A DNA stretch of 64,000 nucleotides from Promethearchaeota archaeon (GTDB lineage: Archaea > Asgardarchaeota > Lokiarchaeia > Sigyniarchaeales > SOKP01). The notes under the pieces are model-generated. The model did no database searches, was not told the DNA's origin, and was given only the letters and a program-made list of their open reading frames with translations. The stretch spans positions 1 through 64,000 of the forward strand of contig JALGVJ010000003.1 of NCBI GenBank assembly GCA_029838195.1, in the 5' to 3' direction. Position 1 is the stretch's first letter. Each line of letters opens with the position of its first letter. The position numbers and the translations under genes were made by a program. Below are positions 61,084 to 64,000 of the stretch, one piece after another.

Positions 61084-61222
61084 TTTTATCCCGCTTCAAT
61101 TATAATACTATCGAATTGACGATTGAGAATGAATGATCGAGAGATTTTTTACAAAACATTTCCTTTTTTCATTAAGAAGGAATTAATAATCTCAAAAGAA
61201 TCTTATCAAGCAGGAAAAAGCC

Positions 61223-61738
61223 ATGAGCAGATACTTAAATAAATTTGAATTTCAACCTACCGAAGTAGAAATCAACTACTTGGAAGGGGAACCCCTAAAA
61301 TTAACCGAAAAATTCTCATTTTATCATAATAAAAATTTCTTTCGAAATAAGATCACCCCCCTTCAGATTCTCATGAAAAATTACGTTAAAACCCCTTTAA
61401 CCGCCGCAGGCATTCGGGATTCTTATTTAGACGAAAAATACACGCAAAAATATTTAATCGTAATATTTACTGATAATGAGACCATTAAAAAAACAAATGA
61501 AATCCTTGCGTCAAAAGAAACCCTCCCGATTTCTCCCTCATGTTATTACATGGAATCTACTGCTGAATATTTCTTATTGCTTGCCCGAGACTTAGATGGC
61601 TTGAAATATGGTCTCCAAACAATGGAACTTTTTCTAAAACAAGTTTTAGATCATTATTTCAAGCAGCAAAATTTTGATGATTACATAAAAATTAGGCCCT
61701 TTCAACTGAAGGCGTGTCAACCGTTAAAAGAACCATGA
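61223..61738 (+). CDS. Hypothetical protein (weakly like GH20 domain 2)
   Basis: QPTEV...G and 'Y.......LL.A....GL.YG.QT' pattern; no catalytic barrel. Confidence 0.5.
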   Translation: MSRYLNKFEFQPTEVEINYLEGEPLKLTEKFSFYHNKNFFRNKITPLQILMKNYVKTPLTAAGIRDSYLDEKYTQKYLIVIFTDNETIKKTNEILASKETLPISPSCYYMESTAEYFLLLARDLDGLKYGLQTMELFLKQVLDHYFKQQNFDDYIKIRPFQLKACQPLKEP

Positions 61739-61760
61739 AAAGAAAAAAATTCCTTTTTCT

Positions 61761-63512
61761 TCATTTTATAAATTTCCAAGGTTTTTGTCTCTTTAATTTA
61801 TATGCTTTTTCAGCATATTCTTCGATCATGCGATGCGTGTTGAAATAAGCCACTAACGAAATCGCGTTTTTTTGCCGAAAAATCCATTCCGATTGATTCA
61901 AATAAGTTGGAATGATATCATTTTCTAAGATATCATAAATCGCCATGGAATCAATGGTCCAATCATTAGAAATGCGTGGATCGTTTGGATTCGAATCGTC
62001 CGGGCCAATAGCCCATCCGGAGAGGGGATTCATTTTATAGCCTTCCAACCACCATCCATCTTGCACGCTGAAATTAGGCACGCCATTCAATGCTGCTTTC
62101 ATGCCGGAAGTTCCGCTGGCTTCTCGATATCGCTCGGGCGTGTTAAGCCATAAATCCACGCCGCTTGTTAACAAATGAGCGAGGTCCATCCCATAATTTT
62201 CCATCAAGACTACTTTTACGCCAAATTTATCAAATAAATATTCTCCGGCTTCATATATCTTTTTAATGTATTCTTTTCCTGCAATATCTTTAGGATGCGC
62301 TTTACCGGCAAAAATGAATTGAACGCGATCTTTACAAATTCTCCCCAACCTATCGATATCATAAAAAATTAAAATAGCCCGTTTATAGGTTGCGAAGCGT
62401 CTAGCGAATCCTATGGTTAATAATTCCTCATCCAACAGATTCCAAGAATGTGCTTTTTGATACTTTATCAAACTCCATTTATTTTCTAAATGGGCGTCAA
62501 ACAAGTCTAAATCATCAATTTCGAGTGCATTTTGAAAAATAATAGGATTAGCTTTCCAATTTGGCCACATTCTGTCATAGATTTTTTTCATGGGAGCAGA
62601 TACCCAAAAGGGCAAATGTATTCCGTTTGTAATATAATCTATCTCGAAATTAGGAAACATCTTTTTCGTTATTTCTCCGTGCTTTTTTGATACGGCATTT
62701 CGATATCGGGATAAATTCATGGCTAAATAAGTCATGTTCAACTCTCCATTGTCATCTCCTAATTTCCTCAATTCTGGAGGAAAACGATCCATGAATACTT
62801 TTTTTACTAAATCATCTTTAAATCGGTCATGGCCTGCCGGAACGGGAGTGTGCGTGGTAAATGCAACGTGTTCTCTAATTTTTTCGATATCTCCACCAAA
62901 TTGTTCATGAAGCTCTAAGGTGGCAAAAACCCCGTGCCCCTCATTAATGTGGTATGTTTTTATATTGTTGTACCCCAACGACTTTAATAATTTGACGCCT
63001 CCAATCCCTAAAATCATTTCTTGTACGATGCGATTCCATCGAGATGTTGAATCATAAAGAGACCCCGTCATTTTTTTCATCCACGGTTCGTTTCCTTCCA
63101 CGTCTGTTGTCAATAAATATATAGGAAGGACGTGCCCCGAATGCCCCACCACATTATATTGCCACGCTGAAACTAATACATCTTTATCTTCGATTTTTAC
63201 AGTAATGGGTTTCTCTACTTTATCAAATTCGTAATAAAAACTCCATTGAATCTCTTTTTCCACTTGTTCTCCTCGTTCATTAAAAAGCTGGTAAAAATAT
63301 CCCGCACTATAGCATAAGCAAATCCCAACCATTGGGATTTCCAAATCTGCGGCGGATCTTACCGTATCTCCGCTCAACACCCCAAGACCTCCACTATACG
63401 TTGGAATGTTGGAATCTAAACCAATCTCCATGGAAATATAAGCAACTAACGTATCATCTTTCCTTTCCTCTTCTAAATCCATGCTTAACCATCCCTGAGT
63501 ATTTTTATTCAA
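61761..63512 (-). CDS. glgP: Alpha-glucan (glycogen/maltodextrin) phosphorylase
   Basis: YSGGLGVL.GD, HINEGH, FTTHTP, FARRFATYKR, AGKAHP, EASGTSGMKA. Confidence 0.95.
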   Translation of the reverse strand: MNKNTQGWLSMDLEEERKDDTLVAYISMEIGLDSNIPTYSGGLGVLSGDTVRSAADLEIPMVGICLCYSAGYFYQLFNERGEQVEKEIQWSFYYEFDKVEKPITVKIEDKDVLVSAWQYNVVGHSGHVLPIYLLTTDVEGNEPWMKKMTGSLYDSTSRWNRIVQEMILGIGGVKLLKSLGYNNIKTYHINEGHGVFATLELHEQFGGDIEKIREHVAFTTHTPVPAGHDRFKDDLVKKVFMDRFPPELRKLGDDNGELNMTYLAMNLSRYRNAVSKKHGEITKKMFPNFEIDYITNGIHLPFWVSAPMKKIYDRMWPNWKANPIIFQNALEIDDLDLFDAHLENKWSLIKYQKAHSWNLLDEELLTIGFARRFATYKRAILIFYDIDRLGRICKDRVQFIFAGKAHPKDIAGKEYIKKIYEAGEYLFDKFGVKVVLMENYGMDLAHLLTSGVDLWLNTPERYREASGTSGMKAALNGVPNFSVQDGWWLEGYKMNPLSGWAIGPDDSNPNDPRISNDWTIDSMAIYDILENDIIPTYLNQSEWIFRQKNAISLVAYFNTHRMIEEYAEKAYKLKRQKPWKFIK

Positions 63513-63725
63513 ATAAAGTCAATTCATGTTAAATTAAAAAAATAAAAAACCATGGTTTGAGTTAATATTTTTATATGGTAATTTAAATTTAAATTTGAAC
63601 AATTTTTTTTATTAATTCCATCATGATATTTTTTCTGGCGGTGAATAATTTAAATAGTAACATGCATGCTTAAAACGCTAACAAGAGTTTTTTAATTAAA
63701 AGAAGAATGAAGAAAAATAATTAAT

Positions 63726-63998
63726 TTAAAGTTTAAGGGTTTTATTGGATAATATTTCTACTTTAATGTTAGGATCTTTTTTCGAAAGAATTTGCTGGTA
63801 TTCATTCAAATCCTTATCCCAATTATGCATGGGAACGACTATTTCAGGCCGGATGTCGACGGCAGCGTCGCTAGATTCTTCAAAGTCCATGGTATAAGTT
63901 CCTCCGCAAGGAAGAAGTGCTACGGTGATGCCTTCATTTGCTAACTCCTTCATTTCGGGGATTCTTTCTGTATCTCCTGCATGATATATTTTTTTCCC
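63726..63998 (-). CDS. MBL-fold metal-dependent hydrolase, 3' part (5' end outside the window)
   Basis: IYHAGDT..IPEM, LLPCGG.YTM, VPMH. Confidence 0.85.
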   Translation of the reverse strand, partial: GKKIYHAGDTERIPEMKELANEGITVALLPCGGTYTMDFEESSDAAVDIRPEIVVPMHNWDKDLNEYQQILSKKDPNIKVEILSNKTLKL

Positions 63999-64000
63999 TT

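Overview
AT-rich archaeal chromosomal DNA, most consistent with an Asgard archaeon (Lokiarchaeia-like). This is inferred from gene content: a ubiquitin-like protein ending in GG, a stand-alone SCP2 protein, archaeal PEP carboxylase, NurA/HerA and a viperin. The left part (1-22.4 kb) and right part (50-64 kb) are mostly transport and metabolism: a Zn/Mn ABC transporter, a sugar/polyol catabolic cluster, ppcA, mtnA, dus and a glucan phosphorylase, plus IS remnants and eroded genes. The middle (~22.5-50 kb) looks like a defence/DNA-processing island. Its most striking part is a cGAS/OAS-like (SMODS/CD-NTase) nucleotidyltransferase apparently co-transcribed with a wHTH-CARF regulator. This pair faces away from a viperin gene across a short spacer that carries a perfect 16-bp palindrome and a degenerate copy, and no classical toxic CBASS effector is adjacent. 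I read this as a candidate second messenger -> transcription factor -> antiviral gene circuit, analogous to interferon signalling; that is inference. A second CARF-wHTH regulator is divergent from a nurA-herA-mre11-rad50 operon whose Rad50 has a hydrophobic hairpin where the zinc hook normally sits. Also present are a second NurA-HerA pair with an HNH nuclease, a tandem GIY-YIG protein, and an SMC/Rad50-like ATPase fused to a Regnase-like PIN (NYN) RNase. I saw no rRNA, tRNA or CRISPR array. All family calls come from motif recognition by eye, not database searches.
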